Of a stretch of 64,000 nucleotides of DNA, positions 49,718-64,000 are shown one piece after another (the first letter of the stretch is position 1; every line of letters begins with the position of its first letter). The stretch lies in contig OZ193909.1 in the NCBI GenBank assembly GCA_964276515.1, forward strand, positions 13,640,001 to 13,704,000, given 5' to 3'. This DNA comes from Gordius albopunctatus (Eukaryota). The notes beneath the pieces are model-generated. The model was not told the origin of the DNA. It saw only the letters and a list, made by a program, of their open reading frames with translations, and searched no databases. The position numbers were made by a program, and so were the translations under genes.

Positions 49718-50989
49718 ATCCCTGCTTTTTCTTCGCGTAGAGAGGGGTCATTTTTACTGCTGGGCGAAATTTAGAAGAGAGACGGGCTAATTGGCGACCC
49801 CAAATTTTGGATTAATATTTATACGCAATTATAATAAATCGTTTAAATAAATTTAATACTTAAATTCTATGGCATTAACTAGTTTTTTAAAGATGCCCAT
49901 TGGTTTGTCAAGTAAATTTTACATGCCGCATATGTTTTACTTTTGGGTAGGTTCGGTTCAAAATTTTAAACGCTTTTTAATCGGGTCAAAGATGAAGAAA
50001 CGGATAATGTGTTTTAATCATTTTTTTATATAAATGTCTTCGTTCTTGTATCTTTTTATTAATTCCACTCAATATTTAATACTTTTATTTAATAAAGCAT
50101 GTCAATTAAAAAAAAAAGTTCGTTTGTTGAAATCAAGTTTGGTTGTAAAAAATGACTTTTTAAACCTCTACTCTAAGGTGAATAACCAATTTAAATACTT
50201 TATTGAAATTGCGATGTCAATTATTAAAAAATTTTAGTAACTTTTGGATTGACGCTTTTTTAGCCACCCAATGTTCATCATCTTCTCTCATATTTTGGCG
50301 AAATCTTAATACCTTATTTTGGGCGCGCAAAAATCGGACCCCATGAGCCCCCTTCCAATGGAAAAATCTTGGGCCCCCGGGCTCCTTCCGCGATTATTTT
50401 TTTTATCTTAATTAAGAAACAATATATAGATTATTATTATTGTTTCTGGATAAAAATTTTAATTATAATATTACAAATAAAAATAAAGATGCTGTATAAG
50501 ACAATTAAGGGTTAAAATTGTATCAAATTGTTGAGTTGACATAATTTCAAAATTAATATTAATTTAAAACCCGAGTTTTTTATAATTAATTTCCACTTTA
50601 CTTTTATTAATTAATATGAATAGCAATAGCAAGAAGCAATTAAAGCTTAACATGTTTCTAAAGCCCTTAGCTCCAAGCAATAGGTTAAATCAAATAGGTA
50701 GTTAAAAATTTTTATTATTAGGTTTATATAAATATAATATTAGGTGAAGAAAAAAATGCAGTCCTGAAAGGTATTTACTTAGTGTTAGTGCTTTCATTCA
50801 TTTATTCAAATACAAATTTATAGAAAATGAAAAGGAGAATTACATTGACATTGGCAGTAATAGTAATAGCTCTTGATCCTCAACCTCGAGTAATTCATTA
50901 TATTAAATAATTTCAAAGCCATAAATTAGGTTACACTGAAGGTCTTACTAATTGAATTGAAAATGGCATTCTAGAAAATTCCAATCATA

Positions 50990-51549
50990 AAAATAAAAGA
51001 TTGATTTCGAAATTGATTTATATTATTCTTTCATCGATAGAATAATAGCAGAATTAAACATAAGATTTTATGAAATTAATTCTAATTTATATAAGTCCTT
51101 AGAAGGTTTAAACCCTTCATCCCCTTTTTTGCGATAAATCTCTTTTATCAGAAATAATTAACCATTATGAATTAAAACTGGAAGACGGCAAAATAAAAAT
51201 GGCAAAAAATTTTATAACACATTATAACTCTTTATCTTAAAATAAAATAAAATGCAATGACATTTTTTCGCTTATTAAAATCTTGCCCCCAATAGTGTTT
51301 CCAAATTTTACTATTTTGATTAAAATAATTTTAACTAACCCAATAACTTCATGTTCATGCGAAAGATCGTTCTCATTGCTAAAACGGATTAAAACTTATC
51401 TTCGTTCGACAATTGGACAAGATAGGTTATATTCCTTAGCTTTATTGAGCTTCGAACATGACTTTGTAAATGTTATTCCCCTGGTTGATATTATAAATTC
51501 GTTTGCAACATCGAGTAAAAGGCCTAATGAACTACTATTAAAAGACTAA
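50990..51549 (+). pseudogene. hAT transposase C-terminal dimerisation domain remnant
   Basis: FPNFTILIKIILTNPITSCSCERSFSLLKRIKTYLRSTIGQDRLYSLALLS. The upstream part is frameshifted. Confidence 0.9.
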
Positions 51550-54500
51550 TTTTAATATTTAATGAAAAATTATCTGGGCTTTTAAACTTGTTTTAAACTT
51601 TTTAACACTTTCAAAATATATTAAAATATTATTAAATTTACGAAAATTTCCTCCTGGTTTAAATTTAATTGTCCATCTCATATGCTTATTGTTTAACATA
51701 TCTCGCATATTTTTATGCACCACATGCACATACAAAGCCAATAATTTTCCAAAAAATTGTTTGTACACCATTTTTCCCCCCTTCATTAGTGATATCCCAT
51801 TCCCATCATACGTTTGATAAATTAATATTAATAACCAATTGCTGAATTTCATACAATTGTTAAAGCATCAAAACTTTCAAGGGATAAAAATCCTAAAAAA
51901 TTCATTATGTTTGTCTTTGGACGCTAAGTTGTTCTTTGCATCAAATTATCAAATAAAAATTTGATTCATTTAATTGTGACAGAATATTTTTAAGGTTCAT
52001 TTAGCCGTTAAATTTATTAGTTCATTTTAATTTTTAGGTGATGTAAAGGGGGGGGGGGTTGTACAAATATATCTATAATATCAGGGGCAATAACTTCTAA
52101 ATACTCATTCTCGAACGAATTTTAATTTGATAATTAATTTTTTTAAATTTTATGTTATAATTACGCCTTTTGAGCATCACCTTAAAAAAGGCTTTTAAAT
52201 ATTCTCATTGTTCTCCTGATATAAATGCTGCCTAAAAATGCTGCAAATATTGCATATGTAAAATTAAAATTTGTTATATATATGGCCAAGATTTTTGAGG
52301 TTGTGGCAATATTTTTTATAAAAAATTTGTTATATAGTTTTTTTAAACTATTTGCACTATTTTTTAAAATGCCAACGATTTCTTGTCAATATCCCCGTTC
52401 CAGTTTTACCCTTACAATTCATTTATACAAAACTTATTATACCATGTGAAATTTTCTATCTTGTTTCAACTAAATCACTTTGTTTTATTTATGAATAAAT
52501 TTTATTTATTTTATGCTCTATAAACATGAGAGGACATAACCAGTGTGATGTTAATGGAAAAAATACACAAAGTAGTAGCGGAATTTTAAGTTTGTCGAAC
52601 GTTCATGAGGGAAAAATTGTTTAATTGCATTTGACCCATGGTCGTATTTAGGGTTTGGATTGGGGGGGGGCAAAACATAAATATTTTTTATTCAGGTGGG
52701 CGTAGGAAATTTTTTTGTCCCCCCCCCCAAGGCAAAAGGCTAACTACGTCACTGTTTGGGTGTAACAATTATTTGGATTAGAATGCTATAAATTGCTGTT
52801 TATTGGCAAGGGCAAAGTGATTTAATCAAAATTATTATTATTTTATGCCTCTTTACAGCATAATATTGATATATCCCTGTCCTTATGGCGATTACCGGTC
52901 TAATTTGAATTTTTTATAAATTAAAGTTAGTTCTGTAGTAAATTTGATATTTTGTGGGCGATATCAACAAAGCCCAGTACCAAATTAGTTAGGAAAAACA
53001 TTTATATGTGTTCGGTATCGAATTTCCTCTAAGAGATTTAGAGAAATCGATAGTAATTTATCGAACTCCACAATAGATATGTTGTTTAACCTGCGATTTT
53101 ATGGAAATTTTAATTTTATCACCCTGCATTAAAGTTAAATTATTTCATTTATAACAAACCTCAGGTGTTAGTTTAAAGGGGATTGATCGCAACTGTGAGG
53201 ATTTTCTGGCATAGCGCGTAATGAACTATGCTGCTGATCGGAATACCATATGAAATGTTTTTATTCTCGCGTTTCTTCTCGTTACAATAGTAAATGCCAT
53301 AAAAAATTCATTTTCCTTAACGCGCCAAAGTAAAACACATTATTCCACTGGTTGCAAGCGGATATTTCATTTTTATTATTAATACAAAACAACTTAATTT
53401 TCGAGAAATCCAATATCTTACCAAAACAAAGAACGAAAATATTAATCGTGAATCGCTAATCGGCCTATAATTAAGGCAGGGTATCTAAGTAATTGCTATT
53501 TCATACCTATCGAATAATTTCTTTACCGTTAGTGTGAAAAACAAATTCAAAATATTTCAAAACTTCATAATTTTAATAAAGTTTGCGAAAATCCCTCTAT
53601 GAAGCGATATAAGTAATAATAAACTTTCTAGTTTTATAAATCATAATCGGAAAGTATCCAATTAAATGTTGGGGGAGACATTACAACTATAATTAGATTT
53701 AATGATATTATAACGAGGATGCAGTCTCAACCCTATAAATAATTCCAGACGCTATTATATATTTTGACAGTTTTTGTGCCAAGTGGAAGCATCATCTGAT
53801 CTAATATTATAATCTAACTGGTGTCGGGTGACAGTTTATTACCATTAATCTCTTATATACAAAGTAATTTAAGTCTATCTACTCATGATTTCACTCCTTC
53901 GTGACTATTCACTTATCTTCCATTCATAGCCTTCTGCATTTAATCTAGGTAATTTTTGAACTAATGTGATGTTTAACTTATTTTTTTTAAACTTACAAAG
54001 ATATAAAAATAGTGTTATTCTCAAATAATATTACAGTAATTTCTATATTTTTAATATCTTTAACATCTCAAAACGAAATAATATCTATTATTTTTTGTTA
54101 TTACTTTTAAAAGGGACATTTAAACTCTGTGATTTTGATTAACGTTAATTATTTTAAAATAGTAATTTTAAACCTTGGTTTGCAATTGCAAATTGTTAAA
54201 AGAAACAATACACACTTTTTATATCTCTTCCCTCGCAAAATTAATTTCAGTTTTTTATTTTAAGAGATTAACAAATTGTAAAATATAAATTAAGGGCCGA
54301 ATAATCTTTTAATGATTCTTAGTTATTATATTAAACACTGCAACGCTTTTTTTTTTTTATCAATAACATCAATTTCCTGTAATAACTTTATACAAAACTG
54401 GCGGCTATATGTTGCACTTTTTGGTCGAATAATTGGGATAAATTAACGCTACCGAACATACAAAAATTCCCTAATTAAATTATTGTAAACAAAGTTTATT

Positions 54501-57500
54501 ACTTCGCGATTTTTACGACTTTAATATAATTGAACTCCGCTAATTAAGACATATGTCGTGTCACTTTTGACAAAGAAATGTTACAATAAATTTGATTCAT
54601 ATCCAAAATTAATAAATGTGTCAATTTTTTAGTCTTTATAAACTCATAGTATATTTAATTAGTAAAGATAGGAAATTGTGATGTAAAGAGTTGAATATGA
54701 ATACGGGGCAGAGTAGTATAATGGTCAAATTGTAAAGTCTTTCATGAATATATACCCTTGTTATATTTAAATAAATTTCTATGCTAGAAATTAAATAAAC
54801 AAAAATATATTTGCTGTAATTTATTCTAAAGACATCCATGTCTCCATTATACAAGGTGGTATGTTTTTTATTTCTTTAACATGTTTTGCTTGCCTATTAA
54901 AAAAATTCGATTTGTCATCAGATTTTTTTATCTTTCCATTTCAGTAAACGAATTGTCATGCATTTCTCTTTAATATTTTATAACTATAATGTCGTGATAA
55001 GTTTATATCTCATAAGTTTGGATAAAACTTTATAAATTTCCGCACAAATAAGTTCAACACAACAAATTTAATCGCGCGATGAAATTACTAAGTTTGCCCG
55101 TGCTTTATTCCAAAAACCAATAATTTATCCAAGTTCACAATAATTAATCACTTTGACCAATAATCCCTTCCAGGATAATTTTACCGATAAGAGAGATGTG
55201 AGATATGTTAAGATACTTTTAAATTTAATCCTTTTCGTGAATAATAGAAGAAATGGTTAAATTTGAATCCCTATTTACAATGCCCCGTGCCTTAATTCCT
55301 TAGTGGCCGCGCCTACAGTGTGAGACTAGAAGGGAGATCGAAACTGGCTGAGACTCAACATCTGTTGTCAGAGGCATCAAAAGCGCTCTACCGAATTTCT
55401 TGAGGATTTGATCCCTCGTTCCATTTAACCCTACTTCATTGATGCATTTTTTAGAATTAATTTTAATTTAATATATGGTTTGACTTTTATTAAGCCATAA
55501 ATTTTGTGCAAAAAATATAAAATTTTAAAGCAAAGGTTTGGGGAGATTTTACATGGTATGGTTGGTTGGTACCATGAAATATTTTACTTTTTGCGCCTCT
55601 AGGTTCTATAAATTCACAGTATAACAAGCGGGTATTTATTACACTATATGACAGATTGCATAGAACACAAAATTGATAATAACGTCTTTTAATATAATTA
55701 CAATTATGAAGTTTTCTTACTTAATGCATAAAATATACTTTGATCATTTATGTAATGTTTAAGATAAAAACTCCTCGATTTAAGAAGCATTCTAAAATAT
55801 TTCTCCTTCTCCGCATATTTCCAACCATAATCTCTATGTAGGAATCAAATTTTGAGCGTCTGCTGCAGTTGCTTTTATTATTAATAACATCTTCACTTTC
55901 AAATTCTACTCTGCTACCTCATTCTTTATCATGCATGGTCTCCCTCATAAAGCATTTATGCTCAGCAGACAAATTGAGCCTTGATCTACTTAGGGGGCAG
56001 CCTAGGCTGGGATTAGGTTAAGATTTTTGTTGGGCTGGGAAATTGTTGGAGCGTCACATGGCATAGAATGGGATGGATTTTGCGTTGTAAAAGTAATTAA
56101 GAGCTTCATCATTTAATGAATTGCATACCGCCTTTTCTCTGCCTTGAAATTTGGACTAGTATTCTTCCATGCAATATATCATATGACGCCTACTAACGAT
56201 CCATGCTCTATTTACATAAAATAGCACGACACGATATGACGATAACCATGTTACTTGATAACAGCGATGACAAAATTCAATTAATTCGCTGGATATGCTT
56301 CTGCATTTCTTTATTATTTTTAAAAGAGCTCTAGTAAGAATATTGAAAAGTTGGTTAAGATTTTTTTAAGTCTTAATCATTAAAAAAATGTTTTCTTAAA
56401 TTTATAAATGGGTTTGATAAAAACACATATTAGTCAATTAGTAATTAGTTATGCGTTTTGCACAGGCCCGCTAAGGTGGGATTCGGGGTGAAAACTAGAA
56501 ATTAATGTCAAGTTAAATCGGTTTTGGGTTAAAAGCATCTTGAAATTTATTCGGACAAGCAAAAACTGCCTCTCTTGAAATGTTTCTCAATAACAATATA
56601 GCTATAGAATTTTTACATCCTACTCTTAGATAATAACTTTTAATGATTTATTAGTCAAATCGTATTCAGGATTAAAATTTAAGACTTATTTTCGAATGCC
56701 GTCCTTTTAATTTTATATTTTAACTGAACCATTTATTTTTCGCTAAAGTTTATTTTCTTTGGACATTGTGAAGGGCGTTCAAAAAATTGGAGTGAAAATT
56801 TATATCTGAAAGGGATAATTCGTAAGCTAATTTAATTTAAATTTATAGCTGGACATGAGGTTAGGAAGCATTATTTGCGACCAACGCATCCTGTACCTAA
56901 ATTATGGTTCATAGAAGAATGTTTTATGATAAGATAAGAATAAGGAAAGTACGGGTGAGACTATCTGCCGCATTCTAATTTTTAATTAGGAGATGTTATA
57001 TCAGATTTAAAAAAAAGCAATTCTCTACCCTAAAATTACACAAGTTTTACATTACTACACTACGACATAGATATTAGTAGCACTTTGACAATCATTCGGT
57101 TTCAGAGATCTCATAGGATAAACAGGTGATTGCATCTCATTTATTAATGTACATGTTAAACGGTCAAAAATAATCAAAATTTGTTGCTAATTTCTTTCAT
57201 AGATAGGTTCCTTAATTTTTGCATTATGATTAAAATAAGTTTTATGTGTCAAAAACGTGATGTGCCACTATTTTTTGTTAAACTAAACTCAAACATTTCC
57301 ATTTTGGGGAGACTGTGTCATGTATGTCAGCCCTAAATAGCATTGAGACTATTTGGGTTTTTAAGATAATACTTACAAAGGAAAGCAAGGAGGGCAACGT
57401 TCTCGCTCTTAATACGTGATTTATTCAATATTTATAAAACGGCGGGTAATTTAAAGGTTTCGCATGCAATAATTTTGCCATTAATTCTTTTAACAAAATG

Positions 57501-57970
57501 TAAAAGGCCGCAAAAATTACTTAAGGACGACGCTGCTTTTGAAAGAATAAATATTTGCGTTGTATAACTCAAATTGAAAATTAAAAAAAAAATCCCAAAA
57601 AAATCATTTTAGGGCTCGATTTTCCTATCAAATTAAGGCAATACTTTGTGATTAAATTTATATGTCTTAACATGTCCTTATATCAAGAACGCTTATGCAA
57701 AATCAGTATAATATAATTCAAATTATATAATTTTTAATCTTGCTTTAAATTAAAGTATTAAATTGCTCTCATGTCAACGTTGCGTATTTTACGCGCAAAA
57801 TTTTTAGCTTTAACACAAGAGCCAGGTAATCTTTTTCCCCCTTAATCATACGTGTTGCAGCCAGCGCTCGGTTTAAAAAAATTAGCTGTGACCATAGTGT
57901 TATTACTATTAATTTATTACCTTTTAAAACACTAAACTTTTGGCTTTCTATAGAGATTTAATAAATCATC

Positions 57971-60900
57971 ATGCTGAAGCCAGTTAAATTGGGCAATACT
58001 TCTGGCATTTCACGAAGTTGTGGTCAAATCCCATCTTCGAAGCAGCAACATCGTCGACAATTCAAACGCCAGAGCTACGATAATATGGCACGCCGTGCAT
58101 CTAATGTTAGCACCAACAACAATAATTCGTTGATTTGGACCCCAATGGTAAGTTTTATTAAAATTCTAGATGTTTAGAAATAAATTAATTAAATCAAAAT
58201 TATAATATAAAGACCTATGTTTTTAGTTCTGGTCCGGTTTTAAAAGACGGGCTTAAATCATTATAGAAAATAATTTACACCGATTAAATTAAATTTGGGT
58301 TAAATTTCAAAGTCCATTTAATTCGAAGCCTATCTAATGATCTACCTTGACCACAGACTCCTTCAAAATTCCATGATACCGTTATTATTGAGGAATTTAT
58401 CAATGTTTGAATTTAGTGGATTTATATATCTATATTATCGCAAGCTTATTCAAGGAAAGATAGGCTGTTCCTAATTCAAATTAATTTAATATTTAATAAA
58501 ATTTTGGTTACAAACACAAAGAATAATTTTGCTCACTTTTATATTTCGACTTGTGTTAGCATGGGCTACATGTTATTATGTCTATGTATAGTATACAACC
58601 GTTTCGTTTAAATAAATCTTACTTTACACCTTTGTTTTTTTTTAATTATAATGATATATATGCTATGGCATGGCAGTTCAAATATTTTTATTATTTAAAA
58701 ATATGGGTTTTCCAGCGTGGTAACACATAGTAAACGAATTTATAAACATATAAATTGAGAAGAGGTCAAGGCAGACAACAACAATACAATTTTTCATTTT
58801 TTATTGCACCGCTGCTATATTTAACCATCTATTGTTACAGCTGTTATGCTAGAAATTTTCTGTTAGACCTTTGATGAACATCATTTTCTTATTTTAATCC
58901 GATACATCATCCCTAATTGAGGATCAGATAAATCACCGAAGGGCTCCTCTGATGTGGCACGCTTAAAATTCGCTCGAACGCGCTATTGTTGCGAGTAAAA
59001 CTAGGCGTCAGAAAAACTTTTTCCATCCTCAAGATGGAAAGTGGTGATCTCGATCAAACGAACAACGCTCCTTCAATTTTAACCGTGATTAAAGGCTCTC
59101 GCATTTTAAAATGGATCGAAGGCGCACAATATAAATTTAAAAGAAACGTTTTAAATTATATAACAGCATTAGAGAAAGGAAAGGATGTGATAAATCAATC
59201 AAAGTTTAGGCATTAACGGCGCAGCACGCACTGCTGATGTGGCACACTTACTCCCATCCCATCAAAGCTTTACTTGTGACCGCATTTCATTTTTATTACC
59301 TTTGACGCCGCCATACAGCTTCAACCGATTAACACTGCTTATGCTATGGCCTCAAAACTCTAAAACACACAACTCTCCTCAAAAACTGCTGCCATTCATT
59401 GCAGTAATATTTGATAGAATGAAATTAACCGTCTTCCTTTACGTTCTTGTTATACAAAGCTTTCTATCTCTCGCCTAGTGACCTCTCTGCTAGACGGTTA
59501 AACTTAGCGCGCTAGCAAAAATTGTTGGTTTTCATTTGCCGATCGAAGCCAGATCAATTGAAGCATAATAATATCGTTGGCTTTGGAAGGCGCAAATGTT
59601 TTTGCGCGTTTAAATAGGCTATAAGGCGGCCTTGTGATAGCCAAAACATGACACAACACGACGATATCTTCTAGGTCGTGTAACTATTATAAATTTAGAA
59701 GACATCGTGCGCCATGAGATTACTTTAAATTTTGTTTTCTAAATCTTACTAAATGCAATTTTATGGTGTGAGCGGACATAGATTCTGTTGTGTGCCTACT
59801 ACGTGCTGCCTACTTAATCAGCCGATCAAAATTTAATCGAGTCGAAGGATAAAGTAATTAATGCGTGTGCCTAATGCAATTCGCCTAGGCCAAAACGTCT
59901 AATTAAAACCGAGGACACTTTTGCTTTGCATTTAAGTTTTTCTCATAATATGACACTTGCACATACAAAATAGTTTTGCTATAATTATAATAATTATCTT
60001 TTATGTAATTATAAATAACTTTGGAGAAATTATATAACGAGGTCAAAAATTTGAATATTTCAACCTGCGTTTTTACCGTTAGAATGAGAGTAAATGCTTT
60101 TTATAAAAATCCTTTAAAAATAACAAAAAATTAGCATTATTAATGATTTTATTTCAATAACGTTTCAAACAATTAATTTAATATATATTTTTTTATATTA
60201 GCATTTTTTAAAATGCTTTATTTTACCAGGCATTTAACATGGTCCTAGCCAGGGAGCCCCCCCCCTCTAAATACAAAAAATCTTAAATGGTTTAAATTTC
60301 AAAGAATATTATATTGCCCTCCCTAGATCTTTATTGCCCCCTATAAATCCAATCCTGTCTACCGACGACCATGGCAGTTAATTATAATTTAATTTCTATA
60401 AAAATAAAGTTACGTACCATTTTAAAATTTTCTAGGATATCAAAATAATGACATCAAGAATTAATCTGGTCATAATTATAGATTTCTTGAAATTGTAAAT
60501 TTTCTAATTCTAAAGACTTTTCAAGCATAATCTAGTCGTGGTCCCTTTAATCTTCAGAACAATCGTTATATCAAATTTTTAGTTTCTAAAAGCTACAAAT
60601 TGAAAAATTATGTAGATTTAGTTTCCGCCATAATCTTAATTCCTTACCCAAATGTATAATGCTTTTTGCAAAAATACTAGCAAAAAATAGTGCTTATTTT
60701 AGACTATTAATTAGTTACAGAACTTGTTTAAGCTTTTATTTGGGATGATAGTTAAAATATTTGATTCTTGCTTTAATTTATAACATATGTAAAATGAATT
60801 TGTAAATTTGTACAAACTTTTTAGATGAGAAAGATTATGACGTTCGTCAGATCATTTGATTCTATGCTTAACATATTCATATAATCCAGCATTAACTTTT

Positions 60901-63900
60901 TTGGAAAATTTGGACAAAGGAGACAATCAAATTATTTAAAAATAACGATATAGCATTAATCAAAATTAAAAAAAGTGTTCTTAAGATCAATTTAAGTCGT
61001 TAACAGGTCATAATTCCCTCTTTTTTATCTTTGTCTCCCGAAAATACTTATAATTATTTATTTTAAACTCTTGCAATTTAAATAATATTCCCTCTATCCA
61101 AAAGACTTGTTAAATTAAAGACAAATTTTTGAGTTTTCAATTATTTTTATATAAAAATATCGTAATTTCGATTCATCTCTTATCAACCAAATCGCCACAT
61201 TTATTCTTGGTTAATTTCATCAGTTGCTAATTTTCACGTCAGATGATTAGTCTATTACAGTAATCGTTTAAGACTTTTAAAACTTAAAATTTAGAAGCTT
61301 TTTCAGATCGACCGTTTTTAATGCACAAATGTTAAAAGTATCAAATTTAAATATTGAACTTTTTTATCTCTCTTTTGTAACCAGGTTTATGGGACGACGT
61401 TGCCGGTTAAGTTTCATACTTCACCTGGCATCCACCCACCACACCACAAAACAATTTTAATCTAACAATTATAATATTTATGCGAGATCAGGGCATTTTT
61501 AACTAGGCTAAGCGTTTAATAACCCCAACAAAGGGGGAAACGCTCAACTTTAAAAATTTAGCCCGTATTGTAAAACATGATGTAAAAATTTTATTTTTGG
61601 AGAAAAATAGAGTATAATTAGACGGTATATAATGGGTCGTCTATTTTTTGTTATAGAATTGGCTGAATTTATGCAGAAATGTTTCATAACCGCCTACAAA
61701 CCCTAACTTGCTTAACAAAATATTCTATTTTGGTTTTAAGCTGTCCGTGCTGTATAACTTGATATTAATTTTTATCAAATATTTAGTCGCCTCCGTTATT
61801 ACGACTAAGTAAAATTAAAAATTTTTAAATCAGATATTTATAATTCATATTTATTGGTGTAAGTAATATTGGCCTATTATAAAAAGCTATATTTCGAGAG
61901 TTAATCACAAACAAGCTAAAGTAGAGTCTTATTAGGATATAAACATAAAAAAAATAAATTTAAATTTATTGCGACAAAGTATATTTTTTGAGTGATTTAA
62001 GCAAAAAATATCTTCAATAAATTTTTGGTCAAATTAGGGAGAACATGTATGGAAATATGTTACGGGATTAAGGATCCGATTGGAAGAGATTGGTATTTGC
62101 AAACTCAAGGAATACGAATTCCCTCTCATACAAAGGCTAGCACTTAATCGACTTAACGAATGGAACCTTTGTAACGATATTTCGCTGCGATACGACCTTC
62201 GAAGTACAGAATTAAAATTAGTTGCTTTACATTTTAAAAAAATATCTAAAATTTCAATGTTTTTATAGGGTTGGTGTTGAGAAACATTTTAAATAATTGT
62301 CATTAATTAAATTAAAAGATAAAAATAGCTAAAATTTTGATTTCAGGGGGGGGGAAATATTTGGTCGATCATGATTTTTTATAGTTTTGACTATAAGAGT
62401 GTATTTAGGGAATCCTTGCTCCTCCCGATCTAGCCATGTCCAAAGAAAATTTTTTTAATCTATAGATGTGGTAAACTATTTTCTTTATTCTATAATATAA
62501 TCAATACTAAGAAGTAAATGTTATGTATATTATATTTTATTAAGAAATACGCAGTTTATTATTTACCCTGGAGAAAAATACAATTAGGCTTTTAATCCTT
62601 ACTAATTTTTAGCCCGATTTTATTTTAAAGGTTTTTGGTTATATAATAAAATATAGAGCAAAAATCAAGTCTCAGCAGTAAATCTTATATTCCTAAAATA
62701 GATCCGACAGTATTAAAATTGGTCAAAACGCAACATAGATCAATGGCGAAATTATTCCATAGACGAAGTCGCAGTCAGTTTAGTTTACCTGACATCTTTA
62801 AATTCAGGAAAAAAAGTATTTACCTATTTTGTTTTATAATTTTTCATTATATAGAAATTTGTAAAAATTGAATTTATCAAAAAATTTATGTAAAAACAAT
62901 GTAAATAAAAAATTTCGCCCGTTTTTTCCTCATATTAAAAACATTTTGTGTAGATAAAATTAGATTTAAACATAAATAAGATGTGACAACTTTGTAATAT
63001 GTAAATTGTAGCTACTAAAAATATACTATTTTTCTTTAAAGTTCGAGCAATAATTGAAAATCAATTAAAATATTGTTTTTATTGTAACAGATAAGAGCTT
63101 AGTTTTTGGTATTTCAATCAGCAAAGCCATGCGATATGACGAACGATTTTACACAGATTCGCGCAAAAATCACCGCCGAAACCATTCACCCTCAGTGAGT
63201 CTAAATAATTCCTTTTATTTATAACTTTTTCTTTGGATAATAAGATTCAAAGGTATGTGTTAACGGCCTATTTTATTTTTATAATTAACATGCCCGCCTG
63301 GGCCCTCCCGAACCCTTCTAAGTGTCCGAAATGTTCGCCCGGCCATGCCCAAATCATTAGGCTGCCAAAACGGGCCGGCTAGAAATAATATATTTCCATT
63401 TTAGCAGTGAATTCGTTGCGTATTCCAAAAGATTTCAATTTAATTTCCGATTACTAAGGACTACTTAATGATGAATATTATACAGTCAAATAAATAATTA
63501 ACAAAATTATACGCGAAAACAAATTTATACACTATATATAAAGATATCTCATTGAGCCTGAATCGCTGTAATCTTGTTATAATGCTTGCCCGAGCCCGTT
63601 CGGAAATTTAAATTTAAGACAGTTGCCCGGTCTAACTCGTTCCGTGGGTCGGGCGGAACTGGCCGGGCAATGGTTCGATCCGGGCTTTTCTAGTCTCGGA
63701 TAAGATTTTGTACTTAGAATAGATTAGTTAACAATATCTTAGGCTCTTTTTTGCACATTTTTTAGTATTATACCATGAACAAAAGGTTCATGCTGTTTTT
63801 TAACCGTTGTTTTAGGAATCGTACAATCATTTTAAATATATATCCTTTATTTTAGCTGACGATTTCTTCCTTGCCCATTCGACTTCATAATGCGAAATCG

Positions 63901-64000
63901 GGATATTTTCAGGAATATCCTTCGCTCGAATCGCGGCTAAGTGGATCTTCTGATTTTTTGAAAGCTTCAATCTATAATTTAATCGTCAATTCCAATCTAA
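57971..64000 (+). CDS. Possible multi-exon gene of unknown product (candidate exons 57954/57971-58147, ~61385-61410, 63122-63194, 63856 to window end)
   Basis: GC-richer islands bounded by polypyrimidine-AG acceptors and GTAAGT/GTGAGT donors. The last frame is open to the window end. No recognisable domain, and phases are only tentatively compatible. Confidence 0.3.
60238..60373. mobile_element. Small hAT-type MITE
   Basis: CATGGTC...GACCATG. TSD GCATTTAA/GCAGTTAA. Confidence 0.75.
63255..63698. mobile_element. MITE of the 45986 family in opposite orientation
   Basis: Reverse-complement similarity to 45986-46403 (CCCGGCCATGCCCAAAT, GACAGTT..CCGG). Boundaries are approximate. Confidence 0.65.

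Noticed and set aside
58950..59480. ORFs 58986-59216 and 59239-59478 and the repeated GATGTGGCAC motif
   Set aside because: Non-ATG starts, no motifs or splice support, and two copies of a 10-mer are too little evidence.

Overview
AT-rich, intron-containing animal (invertebrate-like) genomic DNA, not prokaryotic. Host genes on the + strand: a NOL8-like nucleolar protein gene that appears to lack its N-terminal RRM, preceded by a small spliced ORF resembling the ribosome biogenesis factor RBIS/C8orf59; a couch potato/RBPMS RRM gene with two candidate alternative first exons (25.2-38.6 kb); and a weakly supported multi-exon gene running off the right end. Most of the rest is decayed or nested transposable elements: a CRE-like RLE LINE end, a Gypsy remnant, RTE LINEs, many hAT-type MITEs with 8-bp TSDs, a Mutator-type MITE, a non-autonomous Helitron, and DINE-1/HINE-like elements with tandem arrays, one of them abutting an intronless serpin fragment. 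The standout is a ~2.9-kb, relatively GC-rich insert (41571-44468) that replaces ~1.1 kb of an RTE LINE. It encodes a gag-like ORF and a DIRS/hepadnavirus-class RT-RNase H, with no visible integrase or tyrosine recombinase. Its perfect 60-bp 'inverted repeat' is better explained as the terminal redundancy of a TATA-driven RNA whose 5' 243 nt were inverted on insertion. All family assignments come from motif recognition by eye and were not checked against databases.
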